Shown: positions 13,624 to 27,000 of the stretch, one piece after another
Position numbering within the stretch: position 1 is the first letter of the stretch
Layout of the letters: each line of letters starts with the position of its first letter
Origin: Lytechinus pictus
Lineage: Eukaryota
Length of the DNA stretch: 64,000 nt
Direction: 5' to 3'
NCBI RefSeq assembly: GCF_037042905.1
Contig: NC_087245.1
Location: 37,140,001 to 37,204,000 of the forward strand
Position numbers and translations under genes: made by a program
The notes under the pieces: model-generated
Seen by the model: the letters and a program-made list of their open reading frames with translations, nothing else
Databases searched by the model: none
What the model was told of the DNA's origin: nothing

Positions 13624-14157
13624 GCATGGGATAATTATCTCAATACTTCATGTAAGACGATTACAGATGATTTTGAAAATTAAAGTAAGATGTCATCTAA
13701 GTTCAAAATTTGTTACCAAAACTAAGAATACAAAAAACCCAAGAATACAAAAGAAATAGAGAAACAGAATTCGTTTGATGATTGCTTTCAGCTACGTATG
13801 TGCTAGTGATTTATGTATTGTACCATAAATTTTTAAATATTTATTTATGTATTTATTCATTTATTTATTTACCACTCGTGGGATGGAACACCCTATCAGC
13901 GAATGCTGTTTTTGTAGGGGTCCATACACACAAAAATAAAAACTACAATATATAATCAAATATGGTAATGACAAAAGCAGAAAATTATATGACATAAATC
14001 ATAAAAACATACAATATTAGTATAAGAAACAAAATGCAATATGATAATAAAAGAAAAATATAATTAAAAGCAATAGGGGGACTAAAAAAACTGAAAAGAT
14101 ATAAACAACAAGAAAAATAACAATAAGAAAAATAACTTAAAGATAACCTAAAATAAC

Positions 14158-14750
14158 TTAAAGGAGATGTCTACCCTAGCAAAAAGTAGATTTGAATAAA
14201 AAGAGAAAAATCCAACAAGCATAACACTGAAAATATCATCAAAATCGGATGAAAATACGAAAGTTATGACATTTTAAAGTTTTACTTTCACAAAACGGTT
14301 GTATGCACATCATAGTGGGTATGCAAATGAGGAGAATGATGACATCATTCACTCACTCTTACTTTTGTATTTTATTATATGAAGTAGGGAATATTCTATT
14401 TTTCTCCCCATTGTCAAGTGAAACAACGATTAATTCCTCCCTAATCATGTGAACTTAGCATTGTTTAATACTATATGATTCAGTCAAGTTGGTCCTTTTT
14501 GTCAAATCTATAAAAATGAAATATTGTATAATTCAAACAATAAAAAAACAAAATAAAAATGGTGAGTGACATCATCGACTGTCTCATTTGAATTGTGCAT
14601 ATCATTGTTTTGTGAAAAATAAGCAAAATTTAAAATGTCTTAACTTTCTTATTTTACATCCGATTTCGATGAAATTTTCAGCGTTTCGCTAGTTTGATTT
14701 TTCTCTATTTATTCAAATCAACATTTTTCTGGGGTGGACTTGACCTTTAA
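14158..14750. mobile_element. Kolobok-like MITE flanked by TTAA
   Basis: TTAA-aggagatgtctaccc ... ggggtggacttgacct-TTAA with a quasi-palindromic body; related degenerate copies near 10110-11250. Confidence 0.7.
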
Positions 14751-15744
14751 AGATAACCCAAACTCAAGCAGGGGATAGGGGATTGATATAGTCCCTCATC
14801 TCCTACAGAGGTTTATGGACAAAATTTATTTTTAGAACTTCAATTACGATATTTCATAAAACAGCTGAATTTTGATCACAGAAAGGGTTAAGAAGTTTAA
14901 AAACAGGTAAAATTCATGATTAATTACCCCCTAAATTTTAGGAGGAGGGGACGCCCCCCCCCCCTTAAAGAGAGAGAGAGAAAAAAAAAGAGAATTATGT
15001 TTACTAAAGCAGATAGATTTATTATTAAGTACATTGAAAGAAATGTCGATTTAATCAAAATCCCTTCATAAACATAAATTTGCCCGAAAGAGTATTTTCT
15101 CCCAAATGAATTTTGGAGAAATTTAATTTTTCTGACTCTCTGGTTTAGTCCTAGCTGTGAAATATATATAAATGCATAGGCGACGGAAGCGGGGGGGGGG
15201 GGGGGACAGTAAATTTTAGGAGGAGGGGGTGGTACCCCCCTAAAAAGAGAGAAAGGAAAAGAAAGGAAGAAGAAAGGAAGAGGAAAATGATAACAAGTAA
15301 ACTGAACAACTGAAACAAAGAAATATTAAAACCTTTATAGTAAAAAAAGGTTCAACTATGGAAAATACACAAAGTTTAAACTCGCTCCCAATGCAATTTT
15401 GTTCAAAAAAACTTGACAACCAACTAAAAAGTTTTTTTTCGCACCGCGAAGAAGAAAATATATGTTTAAAAGAAAGGGGGAGAAGAGAGCAAGATAAGAG
15501 AAGGAAATTTGAATAAAATAAGAGAAGGGGATAATTGAAAAAAAAAACTATCGGGTCACTGCATAAAAAAGGAAAATTTCGCTCACACTTCGCGCTCGCA
15601 TTCACTCCTGCTCATTGGGATACCATGGAGCTTAGAATAGGCCTATCCAATTTCAAAGTCAATATGCACAAATTATTTTGCTTGCGATTCAACTTTCCAT
15701 TGCATTCTGTTCATGCTTACAAAAAGTACTGAATATCAGAAAAA

Positions 15745-16770
15745 ATCAGCTAGCGCTACGCGCTGGCATTATTTGACAGGCAAATGAAATGAAATACGTA
15801 TTCTCTTCATGTATTACAGAAAACAATAATTCCAGGTGTTACCGTTTCAAGTCAGTATATCAATTATTTTCATCTCGCTCCTCGCATCATTATTGTTAAG
15901 TAACATGACCATCCTATTCTCCGTTTCAAAAAGTGCTTAGAATCCGAGGTTTTAGGTCAGAATATCATTTTATTTTCAGCTCGCTCTTCGCGCACGCATT
16001 AATTGGTTAAATAGATTTATATCCAGTTCATGGTCACAATAAGTGTATTAGAATTTTAAAGTTTGGATCGGATTATAAAAAATGTTTAGCTCGCGCTTCG
16101 CTCTCGCATAAAATATTTATTTAAATAGCCATTGTGTTCATGATTACCAAAAGTGCTCAGAATGTCCCAATTTTAGGTCAGATTACCAAAAATGTTCAGC
16201 TCGCGCTTCGCGCTCTCATCAATTGTCTAGATAGATACCCATTCTGTTCATGGTCACAAAATTGCTTAGAATGTCCAGTTTTGGGTTGGAATAAGAATTT
16301 TTTTGACTGTTTAGTTATATTCCTATCCTACTCATGATGACCAAAAGTCCTTAGAATGTCAAAGTTTTCGGTCGGATTTTTTTTTTGGCTCGGGCTTCGC
16401 GCTTGCATCAATTATTTTTTAGATAGATACACATCCCATTCATGGTAATAATAAGTGATTAGAATATCAAATTTTGGGCCGGATCTATATCAAAAATTTT
16501 CAGCTCTCACTACGTGCTCTCATAAAATGTTTAGTTTAGATTATGTCCAATATGTTCATGATTATCAAAAGTACTTACAATGTCTAAATTTCAGGTCAGA
16601 ATATAAAAAATGTTCACATCATATGTTTAGATAGATACCCATCCTGCTTGATGACCCAAAGTGCTTAGAATGTCAAAATTTTATGTCAGGTTATCAAAAA
16701 TTTCCAGCTCGCGCTTCGCGCTTGCATAAAATGTTTATTTAGATACTATCCCGTTCATCATTCATGTTCA
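15745..16770 (+). repeat. Minisatellite, ~110-bp unit, about 9 copies
   Basis: Recurrent cagctcgcgcttcgcgctc(g)cat ... aaagtgcttagaatgtc ... ttttaggtcaga at ~15747, 15871, 15977, 16087, 16197, 16387, 16501, 16706. Confidence 0.85.
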
Positions 16771-17898
16771 TGGGGGCGCCATTTTTCGAAAAGTACACGT
16801 TGGTACCAGAATCAGGTAGGGCCCACGGGGTGCAAAATCCTGTAAATGCGCCTGCTGCGTTAGATATCTCATCATGTTTGTAAGAAAAACTAAGATGTAC
16901 TTAAAACTACAGACTTTAGTATAGAATACCCCGTAAACAAAAATATAATAAGCTTTAGCAGCCGGCTCGGAAAATTCGCCAATGTATTAATGTATAGTTT
17001 CATGTGATTTGATTTTTGATGGATTATATCAACAACGTTTATATTACCAGTGTCTTCAATGTCTTTTCATTAATTTGGTATCATATGAATTATGTTACAT
17101 TCTTTAATATATTTTCCCTTTGATCCCATAATAGGGTAGTCCGGTCCACAGGTTCTGCCACTTAATACTGCACCTGGAACTAAAATGGACCAGTGATTTA
17201 AAACTAGATCATGAATGGTGAGTTCACCCAAATATCATTGTTATGATAGATTATTACTTTTTTTGTATTGGTGTATACTTTATTTATTTGTATGTTATGT
17301 TCGGGGACTAGCCTTGATAGGCCTTCGGCCTTTGCTGGTCCCCTGCATCTGGGACATATATGTTGTGCTTTCATTTGTTGTAATTGTTATCTATAAAATT
17401 GTATTTTGCTTTTTATCCCTTGCCTCTTTATAATATTTTTAAATATTGTTTTACCATGTTAAATGTATGATTTTATCTTGGATGCAAATAAAAGGCCATT
17501 TCGGCCAATCAATCGATAAAAAATCATATTCTTAAGGTCAGAGAGGACTCCGCGGGCCCATGCCAGAAACAGGTGAAACGGGAAACCCAGTTAGATGTGA
17601 TGTTTGCATATTTAAAAAGAACTATCATTTGAATTTCTTAATTTTCCAGAACTTTTGCATTTTCGGGGATACCATGAAGTGATAAATATACAATTGTAAA
17701 TATATATATATCTTGACAGAACGTCGACTTGGTGCATATTACTTTTAGAATTGTCTAATTTGGGGATTAACCTTGATAGGTCAGCGTGCATCCTTTGTCA
17801 TTCCCCAAATTTTGATAGTTGTGTGATGTTGTAACTGATTTTATATGTTCTTTTTACTGTATTGATTATATTGGGTAGTTGTATCGTGTTTTTTTTTC

Positions 17899-18403
17899 TT
17901 AAAGGGGAAGTTCACCCTGACAAAAAGTTTATTGTAAAAATAGCAGAAAAAATAATAAAAAATATTGCCAAAGGTTTGAGAAAAATTCATCAAATAATTA
18001 AAAAGTTATTAGAATTTCAATTATTTGATTTGTGACGTCATATGCGAGCAGCATTCCTACATAGCGAATGGTAAAAAATCAATGAAATGTCATTTTCTCA
18101 GAAAATTGAAAATGGTTTTTACTGTACTTTTTGTATATCAATAGACAAATCATTTCACACCCGATCATGAATAGAAAACAAAATCAAGTCATCTGGAACC
18201 ATACAAAATTTGAAATTCATGCATTTTATATAACATAACACATGGGGCAGCTGCTCGTTTATGACGTCACAAATCCAAAACTTTGAACTCTAATAACTTT
18301 ATTACTCTTTAACGGATTTTCCTCAAACCTTCACCAATATTTTTTACTATTTTTTCTGCTATTTTTACAACAAAGTTTTCTTCAGGGTGAACTTCCCCTT
18401 TAA
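17899..18403. mobile_element. Kolobok-like MITE, young copy
   Basis: TTAA TSD; perfect TIR aggggaagttcaccctga / tcagggtgaacttcccct; long imperfect palindrome. Confidence 0.85.
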
Positions 18404-19841
18404 GTGTGATGAGGAATTCATCGATGGTAATATGAGAAAAAAATGATTGTCATGTTAATCCAATCCTTTTTTAGATATACCTGGTTTTACTGGACAAATA
18501 GACCTAGGATTAATAGGATTCAGCAGAAAATGAGGTAGGAAATCCACAAAGGTACCCTAGCGGCCACCAAGAAACATCGATACGTCAGGTAAAACTCATT
18601 CTTATCTCCTTCATCAAATACTAGGCATTATTTTAATAAGAAGTCGATTCCTTGAAGACGGTTTGTATCTTACCCTCACGTTAGACTTGGCATAATTTTT
18701 ATAGGGTGTATTCAGAAAAAGGAAACATAACTTGAATGTTTGTGAGAAATTTATCCAAAATTAATAATAGTAACCCCCCCCCCCCCCATAAACCTGGTAA
18801 AGGTATAGCTAATCAACATTCAAATGACATCACAAGTAGGTGTATATGACAATGTTTAATCAATATGTTCGAATAAAGTAGAATGTGCTTACATATAAAC
18901 AAAAAGAGACATAAAAGATTGGTAAGATCTCTTTTTATGTCCTTATTCATTGTCTTTACTATGTTGAGAATAAAAGTGAACCAAAAATTGCACTTTCAAA
19001 AATGCACTTTCACTCCAAAAATGGTAGAATTTCACTCTTGACAGATTTAAATCTCATTCCATCAGAACTAGTCCCTCATCTCATTCTGAGCGGTAGGCAC
19101 CAGGGTCCCGTAACACAAAGGTTAGCGATTGATTGCACGCTTGATTTTTACGACTGATTGTACATTGTAGTCGTAGTCAATGGAATCAATCGTAGAAAAA
19201 TGTTCTACGATCATTGCTAAGCTTTGTGTTATGGGCCCCAGATTAGCTCCTTGCCTCCTTTGTATTTAGAGAGTATATACGCTATCAGCATAAGATATGA
19301 ACATGTTCATGTACCATTCTCACAAATCCGTCCTTGTAGCATGTACTTCATGTTAAGATTATACCAACAACTGGTGACAGGAATCGTTTGAATATATTTT
19401 GTCCATTACAGGGTAATAATGGTGAGCCAGGAGAATAATAATTATGAAAGCAACATAGCGCTTAGGACTACTGCACATTCTAAGCATTGAATATAATGAT
19501 TCCGTCTTTAGTACCACTACACTAATACAGGGATATAAAATAAATCCAGATGAAGTGTAATCACGGACCATCGAGTTTTGAATTTAATTTGAATTCTATA
19601 GATTCATTTTTAAATCTCAAAGGATTTGAATTTAAATCCCTCGAGATTCAAAACTATTTTTAAAGGATTAAAAGTCCACATTGCGATTGGTCCCTAACTA
19701 CATTCCATCTGGATTTATTTTAAATCTGTGCAATTATTGATGATTGAAATTTAATTTTGTTTATATTTAAAACATTTTAAAACTGTTAAACATTTTAAAT
19801 CACTACTTTGAAGGTCATACAGTGTTGTATAGGGCCTAAAC

Positions 19842-20119
19842 GGAGCGTCGTGGCCCAGTGGATTAGTCTCCGGACTTTGAAACAGAGGGTCGTGGGTTCA
19901 AATCCCAGCCATGGCGTAATTTCCTTCAGCAAGGAATTCATCCACAGTGTGCTGCACTCGACCCAGGTGAGGTAAATGGGTACCGGCAGGAAGTAATTCC
20001 TCAAAAAGCTGTGTGCACCCAACAGGTAGCCTAGCTTAGCCGGGTAATAACAGTTTTCGGAACTGAAGTGGCTACCCTGGGTAAATATACCTTTATTATT
20101 ATTATTATTATTATTATTA
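19842..20119 (+). mobile_element. tRNA-derived SINE, same family as 5267
   Basis: ggagcgtcgtggcccagtggattagtc...ggttcaaatcccagccatggcgtaatttcc; (att)n tail. Confidence 0.85.
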
Positions 20120-20392
20120 AACATATTTCTAAACAGCCATTTTTTACTGAACGTGATTGGCTGCTCCGACTTGCTACCATGGCAGTTGCCATAATAAAAT
20201 GGTTATAATTTCTGTTTTTAAAAGGGCCCTTTTAATCGGCTTGAGAAATAAAGATGAATTGAATTAAATTGATATATAGTCTGATACATGCAGTTGTAAT
20301 TCCTTATGTGATGGGTTGTAGCTCTCTGTTGCTGGCATGTCTGTAGAAGACAGTTCCAACCATATTTTATTTTATTTTTTATTTTCCAACAG

Positions 20393-20883
20393 CACAAGAA
20401 TTAACTTTATGTCGACCAAGTCCCCCAAGTCTTCCACCCCAGATCAGGGCCCATGCAGATTACGATTGATTGTTGCCCAATGCATGCTGAATCCCCATTG
20501 GAATGTGAATAGGGCTACGCTAGAGTATATACAGTATATACATCGCCACCCATGTGGCCTGGTCAACACGGATTGGAGCAGGTTTTTATCAGACGATGAT
20601 GGCGGGTCAGGTGGATAGGAGAATGTTGCTTGGAAGGCATCCTCGTGATAGGTCTGACGTCCGTCGCGGTTCACCGGCCAATTCTGTTTCCAAATTGAGA
20701 GAGCCTACAGCGTGCAGGATCACCGTAGGAAGGTTTAAGGTGTGGCAGTGTACTTCGGTCGACGATGCAGATACGATGGCCTTTATGACTGGAAAGTTCA
20801 CCCGATGCAGGTAAGGGGTGATCGAGGATCTAGTTGGTCAACTTGACCTGATGGGAATACACCGAGACATACGACGGGATTCA
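20393..20883. other. Diverged hairpin/exon-like unit, copy 1
   Basis: Paralogous to 22672-23191 (shared ggattggagcaggttt...gatggcgggtcaggtggataggagaatgttgcttggaaggcatcc); self-complementary (tgaatccc 20488 / gggattca 20876); acceptor AG at 20391-20392. Confidence 0.6.
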
Positions 20884-22670
20884 ATGACAGAAAAATGGAA
20901 ACCGTTTCATCAAAAAAATTTGTCCTACAAGTTTTCGTTTTCGGATCCGATAACTTTCCTTGGTTTTTGATTGGCCAAGTGGGTATGGTAAATGTCGGAT
21001 AAAGCGGGACTTGTCGGATAAAACGTCTGACAAGTCCTTTCATGAAAGGCTCCCAAGTGCCATTCGTCTTACTACGATTGATCCGATTAACCTCAAGTAT
21101 ATGGAAATCCATCAATGTCATAATTTTCTTCAGGAAATGTGCACACTGTCTTTTGAAAACAAAGAGAAGCACACTGAATTTTCAAGAAAACTGTGAATGT
21201 ATATAGGACTACACACCATTTCTAGAAAAGTGAAGAAACATGTATTTTAGATATTGGCGTTGCTGGCTTTCCATAGTTGTGGTTGACTGGATCTATCTTA
21301 ACTCTTTGTAAGACGGGGCCAGATCAACCAAATTGGCTCAACCTTACTGTTCTCTGTGATCTGTTTTATGGCGTTATTCAGACATACTTCTGGATGTTTA
21401 TTATTACTATTGAGTATATGAGTATGAGATTAACCCACGTCCATATCTCGGCTGTCATTAAATATGGAAAATTGCTGCTTAAACTTGAGCACATATTGTG
21501 TGTAGGGCCTAATTTATATCTTGCAAATCCACATGGAAGTGCCCGGAGCGAATGAACAAAATTCCCAAATTACTCACAAAAGTTGTTTCTATTTTTCTTG
21601 CTTTACTCGAAATTAACTATTGTGTCATTTATTTGGGCCATTATTATATTCATATAGCCAATACTGATTTTCCTCCTTTTGATTTTATGTACTTATTTAT
21701 AGACGAACACACCAGACAATTATAGCTGCAGTGTTAAAGTTTGGGTGTTAGTTCAACACCTTTGATTGCTACTTTTACACCCTCTGGTGTTATTTTAAGC
21801 TCTCGGGTGTATTTTGTACACCCCAGGGCGTGGTCATGCGGGGAGCCTAACTGGTATTAGTTTCAACACTCAATTTTTACACCGAGTTTGACCAGTTGAA
21901 TTTTTATGCATTCAAAAATTTACAATACTTCTTTGGATATTTTACAATAGAAATAACAATACACAGGTATGTGTTGTATACTTATATTCAGTACTGTGAA
22001 TCAATCAATTTTGATATGATTTTAGGCATTGCCGACGAGCGCTAGTGGGAAAGGATTGTTTCGTTCTCCTGTTTGTCTCCCATCGAGGGAACAAAAAATG
22101 TCACAAATTGCTGCCTATGATTTTGTCTCGTTTATTGATTCGAGACGCGCCAGATAAATAAAAAAAAAATCAAAGAATATTAACTTTGTAATTATTTCCA
22201 TGGTAACCTTGATTGTAATTGGCTGCTGAGCGCTAGTAGTAATCACTAGCGTACCTAGCGTACCTAAGGGTACAACTGATCCAGGGGACGTGCCCCCCCC
22301 CCCTTTTGAGAAGCAGAATTAATAATTTGTAATCTGAACATTTGCAACTTGAAGGCCTTTTTTTTTTTTTTTTTGCTTGTTAATTTTTTTTTCTGGTACG
22401 AAATCCTTAATTTGTGGTTGAAGACTGTTTTTTTTTTTTTTTTGGTTGTCAAATTTTTTCGCGGACGAAATATCCAAAAAATTTGCCCCCCTTTTGGAAA
22501 ATCCTGGGTACGCCACTGGTGGTAATCGCCATAAAGAAAAATTACCATTGTCATGATAGTTGCAACTCTTTACGAATCGGACTCTAGGTCCGTTATTTGG
22601 TTGGATGAATAGACGAGAAACGGAAGACTGTTTCATTTTTCTTTTCCCCCTTTTCTGTCGTTTTCCATTA

Positions 22671-23191
22671 GAGCAAGAATTAACCTGGCGTCGACCAAGA
22701 CTTCAAGACTTGCTGGTGGTCAACGATATGTGACCACCTCATGCATCACGGGCCAAAAACTTGAAGTGGAACAGGCATACGTTCGAGTATGTCACCATCC
22801 ATGTGGCCAGGTCATTACGGATTGGAGCAGGTTTTCATCAGGATAATTATGATGGCGGGTCAGGTGGATAGGAGAATGTTGCTTGGAAGGCATCCGCATG
22901 GGGTTATCTTCCGGTGAGATGAGGTCTGATGTCCCTGCTGACCATCAAATTCGATTTGCATGCGAGGACCCAATTTTACTATGAGAAGGATCGAGGAGGA
23001 TGTGGATAATGGACTTCGGTCGACGGCCATGCCGATCCCCAAGGTTCACCCGATGCAGTCTCATCATGGTGAGGGGTGATCAAAGTTCCAATTGGTCTTC
23101 TGTATGTCTTCCGCTGGCCCTAGCCCAGGGACTTTACGTTATCACCAATATGACCAACATCATCTTGAAATAGGTCGACCAAGATTTGCTC
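22671..23191. other. Diverged hairpin/exon-like unit, copy 2
   Basis: Inverted anchors gagcaa/ttgctc, gtcgacc 22690/ggtcgac 23173, ttcaaga 22702/tcttgaa 23163, gcatgg 22896/ccatgc 23027; acceptor AG at 22670-22671. Confidence 0.65.
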
Positions 23192-26100
23192 ACCTTCCTC
23201 GCATACGACAACGTTAATCACTCCTTCCCATTATCTGTTTTGTGTTTTCATGGCGTTATTCAGATAAAAATAACGTATACTGCTGGGCCCCGTCTTACAA
23301 AGAGTTACGATTTATCCAATCAATCGTAACTCTATGGAACTCCATCAGTGTCGTAATTTTTTCTACAGGAAATTTGCAAAATGTCCTTTGTAAACAAAAG
23401 AGAACACACCAAATTGTCAAGAAATCAAATAATTTATGGATATACATTCATATCTAGAATTTTTTTTTGAACAAAAATGCATTTTATATGTTGATTTTGC
23501 TGGCTTTCCATAGTACGACGGGACCCTGGTGAAGAACTATAGGTAACACAACCTTTGCCTACTACCTTGCGTACGTAGGGAATGTTTGTATTTTACACAT
23601 TTACTGTATGTGGATTCTCAACTGGTTGGTTTCTGTTTAATTTGCGGGGCGTTCCCATGCGTGCTGTAATATAAAGTCCCTGAATTTCTCAAGAGGCCGT
23701 ATTCTGTCATCATGTTCTTCCACGTCAAACATAATAATAATGATTGTTTAATGCTTTATTAGGATTTCAGTAGATATACTGCATGCGGTCCATGGTGATG
23801 ACTAAATGAATTGAATAACTGGTTGTTGAAGAAATGTGCATATAGCCTTAATTTGGAGGCTTTTAAAATGACATCGTCTTCTAAAGCTCCGTCGCTTTGC
23901 TTCCTTGCACGGTTCTCTCGAAATCGCATTATTTCACACTCCTGTTTATTCCTTATAAAACTGCCTTTTCATAGGCCTATTCGGGGTTCAGTATTTGCAG
24001 CATTTATAAATCGGAGGGCTGCAGTTTGGGTGGGCAGAAAAAATTGGATGAAGAAAAATAGGGGGCCTAATATTCTTTATACTACAAAAGCTACATGCAC
24101 CTGTCCAGAAATGAAGCTTGGGGTTTGAATTCCATGAATTCCACATCTTGTTTTTTTTTTCTCGCTCAGATGCCTCGCTCACTCATCTATTAAATGTTTT
24201 GTTTTGTTTGTTTGGATATCCTTCATAATCTCATAAGATTTTTACAAATCTTGTAGGTTAAAAGGTTCAACATTTATTTGGTTACTTAAGAAAGGAATAT
24301 GCTTTGAATATTCGTCATTTCTTAAAGGAAACAGCATAGCCGGTGGAAGTGGGGGGGGGGGGGGGGCAGGATAATTTTAAAATACGTATAAAAAGTGTGG
24401 GGGAGAAACACGTATATTCTATGGAAAGTTGTGATCACATCCATGGTTGTAGAACTCCCCCTCCTCCAAAAATTGTGAAAGCTTGCATTTTTCTTTTGAA
24501 AATTTATCTAAATTAAAATAAACGTTACGCGTCTTTCCATTTTATGTGTTGCCTTAGCGGCCGCCAAAATCTTAATGCGTAGGAACAAGCCCCCGTGTGT
24601 TTTGTAAATAGTATATAAATATTTAAAATGCAAAAGAATATTACATTGTAAAGTTTGCATGAAAATGGCTCCAATACCGTAATAATGATGACATGTGTCT
24701 AATAAATTCATTGCCATTGTCATTGCGCTTATGCCCATAAAACTAATAAAACATACATTGAAATTGAATGGTAAAGATGATCAAAATTATTTTTTTTCGT
24801 GTTTTTATAATCTAAAAAAAAATAATGATTTGAAAGTAGAATCATGACAAATGAGAAATATGTCCCTCTTCTGTCGGCTATGCTGTGTACTTATGTTTCC
24901 TTCATGCTGGGTTGTTTTACAATCAGGGAATACCAGTTAAAAAGGCTTTCTGTACATCATAAGAAAAGAAATGTTATTGTAATCTCAAATCTACGATGGC
25001 AAGCTATGTGGTATTTTAATAGCAGACTGCAAAGAAGAAAAATATTGAACTACATATTCATTATTCAAAATTGAACATATATGGCATTTTAGGGCCAAAT
25101 TTACTGTCATTTATTTATTATTTTTTTTCAATTTCGAGCCCGCGCATGTCTATATGCAGCCTTGTGCATCGTTTCACCAATTAGAATTGATTATTGAAAT
25201 TGTTTAAATTTCTAAATTCTTAAAAGCTTCAGACAGTTTTTATTTTGTCTATACTTGTGTAGTAATATGCAAAACTCTTAGACGGTTCACTTTGCTCACT
25301 TCCGCTTATTTTTTCAGCCGTTTCTCGTTCCACTGTCCAAAGTCACCCCCTGCGAAAATTGAACCCATACAAGAAAGGTTTTAAAGAAACTCAAAGCAAC
25401 ATTTTTGTCAAATTAGACAGCTGAGTTTACCCTGATTGTATAACAGCCGATAACCATGATAAGAGCTTTCAGAACAATACTTCACTGTTGAATGATCCAT
25501 GTTAAATGTCAAACGTCGTCTGTTGTTAATGATGGTTTATAAAATAGTGGTGTGGATCCTTGTTAAACATTGGCGGCGGAAGCCAAAAAATTTAGGGGGG
25601 TCCACCTGAAATTTGGGATGGACACAGGTAAAAAATTGGACAAGCAAAAAAAAAAATTATCAACATAAATTTTAGGGGGGGGGGTCCGTCCCCTCACCTC
25701 AAATTGAGGAGGGGGACAGGACCCCCTGCCCCCCCCCCCCACTTCCGCCTATGTTAAACTGTCTTCATCTCAAAGCAATGACCTGCCTGTATAGAACTGG
25801 TCATAGGAACAAGTCATCAGCAACTTTTCATGTTTGCTAAAACAAATGATTGGTCACGTGATCGATTTCATCCAATCATTTGTTTTGGATCCATATCACA
25901 ATTTTATAAACATAAGTAAATGATCGTGTTACACCCTTCTTCTGGCTACTTGTATTTATTCTTGTATCGGTAACTCTCTCTCCGCCCCCCCCCCCCCCCC
26001 CGGTCCATCCCTCCCTGCTCTCTCTATGTCGCTCTCTCTCTATCCCTTCATATTTTTTTGCATTTCCCCATCACTTAACTTTATAATTTCTCATTTTCTT

Positions 26101-26374
26101 CTATATTGCTCAATGTTTCTTTTGAATCATATTCATTCTATCTGATATATGAATTTCAAATTCATTCTTTATCATTTTATTCTTTCAAGAATGACAAAAT
26201 AATCCTTAATCCACTACCCCTTCACATCCGGGTTATCTCGAACGCTCTCTTTCATTTCTCCTTCCCTTTCTTGTACATTGCGGATTTTGCAATTCATCTT
26301 CAGCAACCTTTCACCTCCTCTCACCTTACCTCAAACTGTTCTTACCCGATTGATGTTGGTCTGTAACTCTGGCT

Positions 26375-27000
26375 CCATCACATCCACCTTTACCGATGGC
26401 TCTTTCATCCTTGTCAAACGATCTCATCATCCCATTCACCTTCTCAACATGACAACCCCTTTCTCTTTCCCTCCCACCTCTTTCTCACCCACTCTCTCCC
26501 TCTCTCACACACACACACACACATACATACTAGTAATCACATCCAGCTTTACTGATGGCTCTTTCATCCTTGTCAAACGATCTCATCATCCCATCTACTC
26601 AATCTATCACCATTTCTCTCTGTTCCTCCTCCTTTCTTTCCTTCTCTCTCCCACCTTTCTGTCTTCCTTCCTTCCTTTCTTTCTTTCATTCTTTCATTCT
26701 TTCTCTCTTTCTCACTCTCACAATCACATCCAGCTTTACTAAGGTTCTTTCATCCTTGTCAAACGATCTCATCATCACATCCACCTTCTCAACATGACAA
26801 CCCCTTTCTCTTTCTCTCCCTTTCTTTAATCTCTCTCCCACCTCTCTCACTCACCCACTCTCTCTACACACACACCCACACACGCACATAATCACATCCA
26901 GCTTTACTAATGGTTTTTTTCATCCTTGTCAAATGATCTCATCATTCCTTCCACATTCTTTATATGACAACCCCTTTCTCTTTCCCACCTCATTCTATCA
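26375..27000 (+). repeat. Tandem repeat, 4 units of ~160-190 bp with CT/CA microsatellite spacers
   Basis: atcacatcca(g/c)ctttac...ttcatccttgtcaaacgatctcatcatc at ~26377, 26536, 26723, 26891. Confidence 0.85.

Noticed and set aside
15745..16770. CRISPR-like spacing of repeats (also 26375-27000 and 46400-47000)
   Set aside because: Whole units are homologous with no unique spacers, there are no cas genes, and the context is eukaryotic
20554..20814. 86-aa ORF as a coding exon
   Set aside because: The paralogous unit does not keep the frame and has stops; no domain recognised
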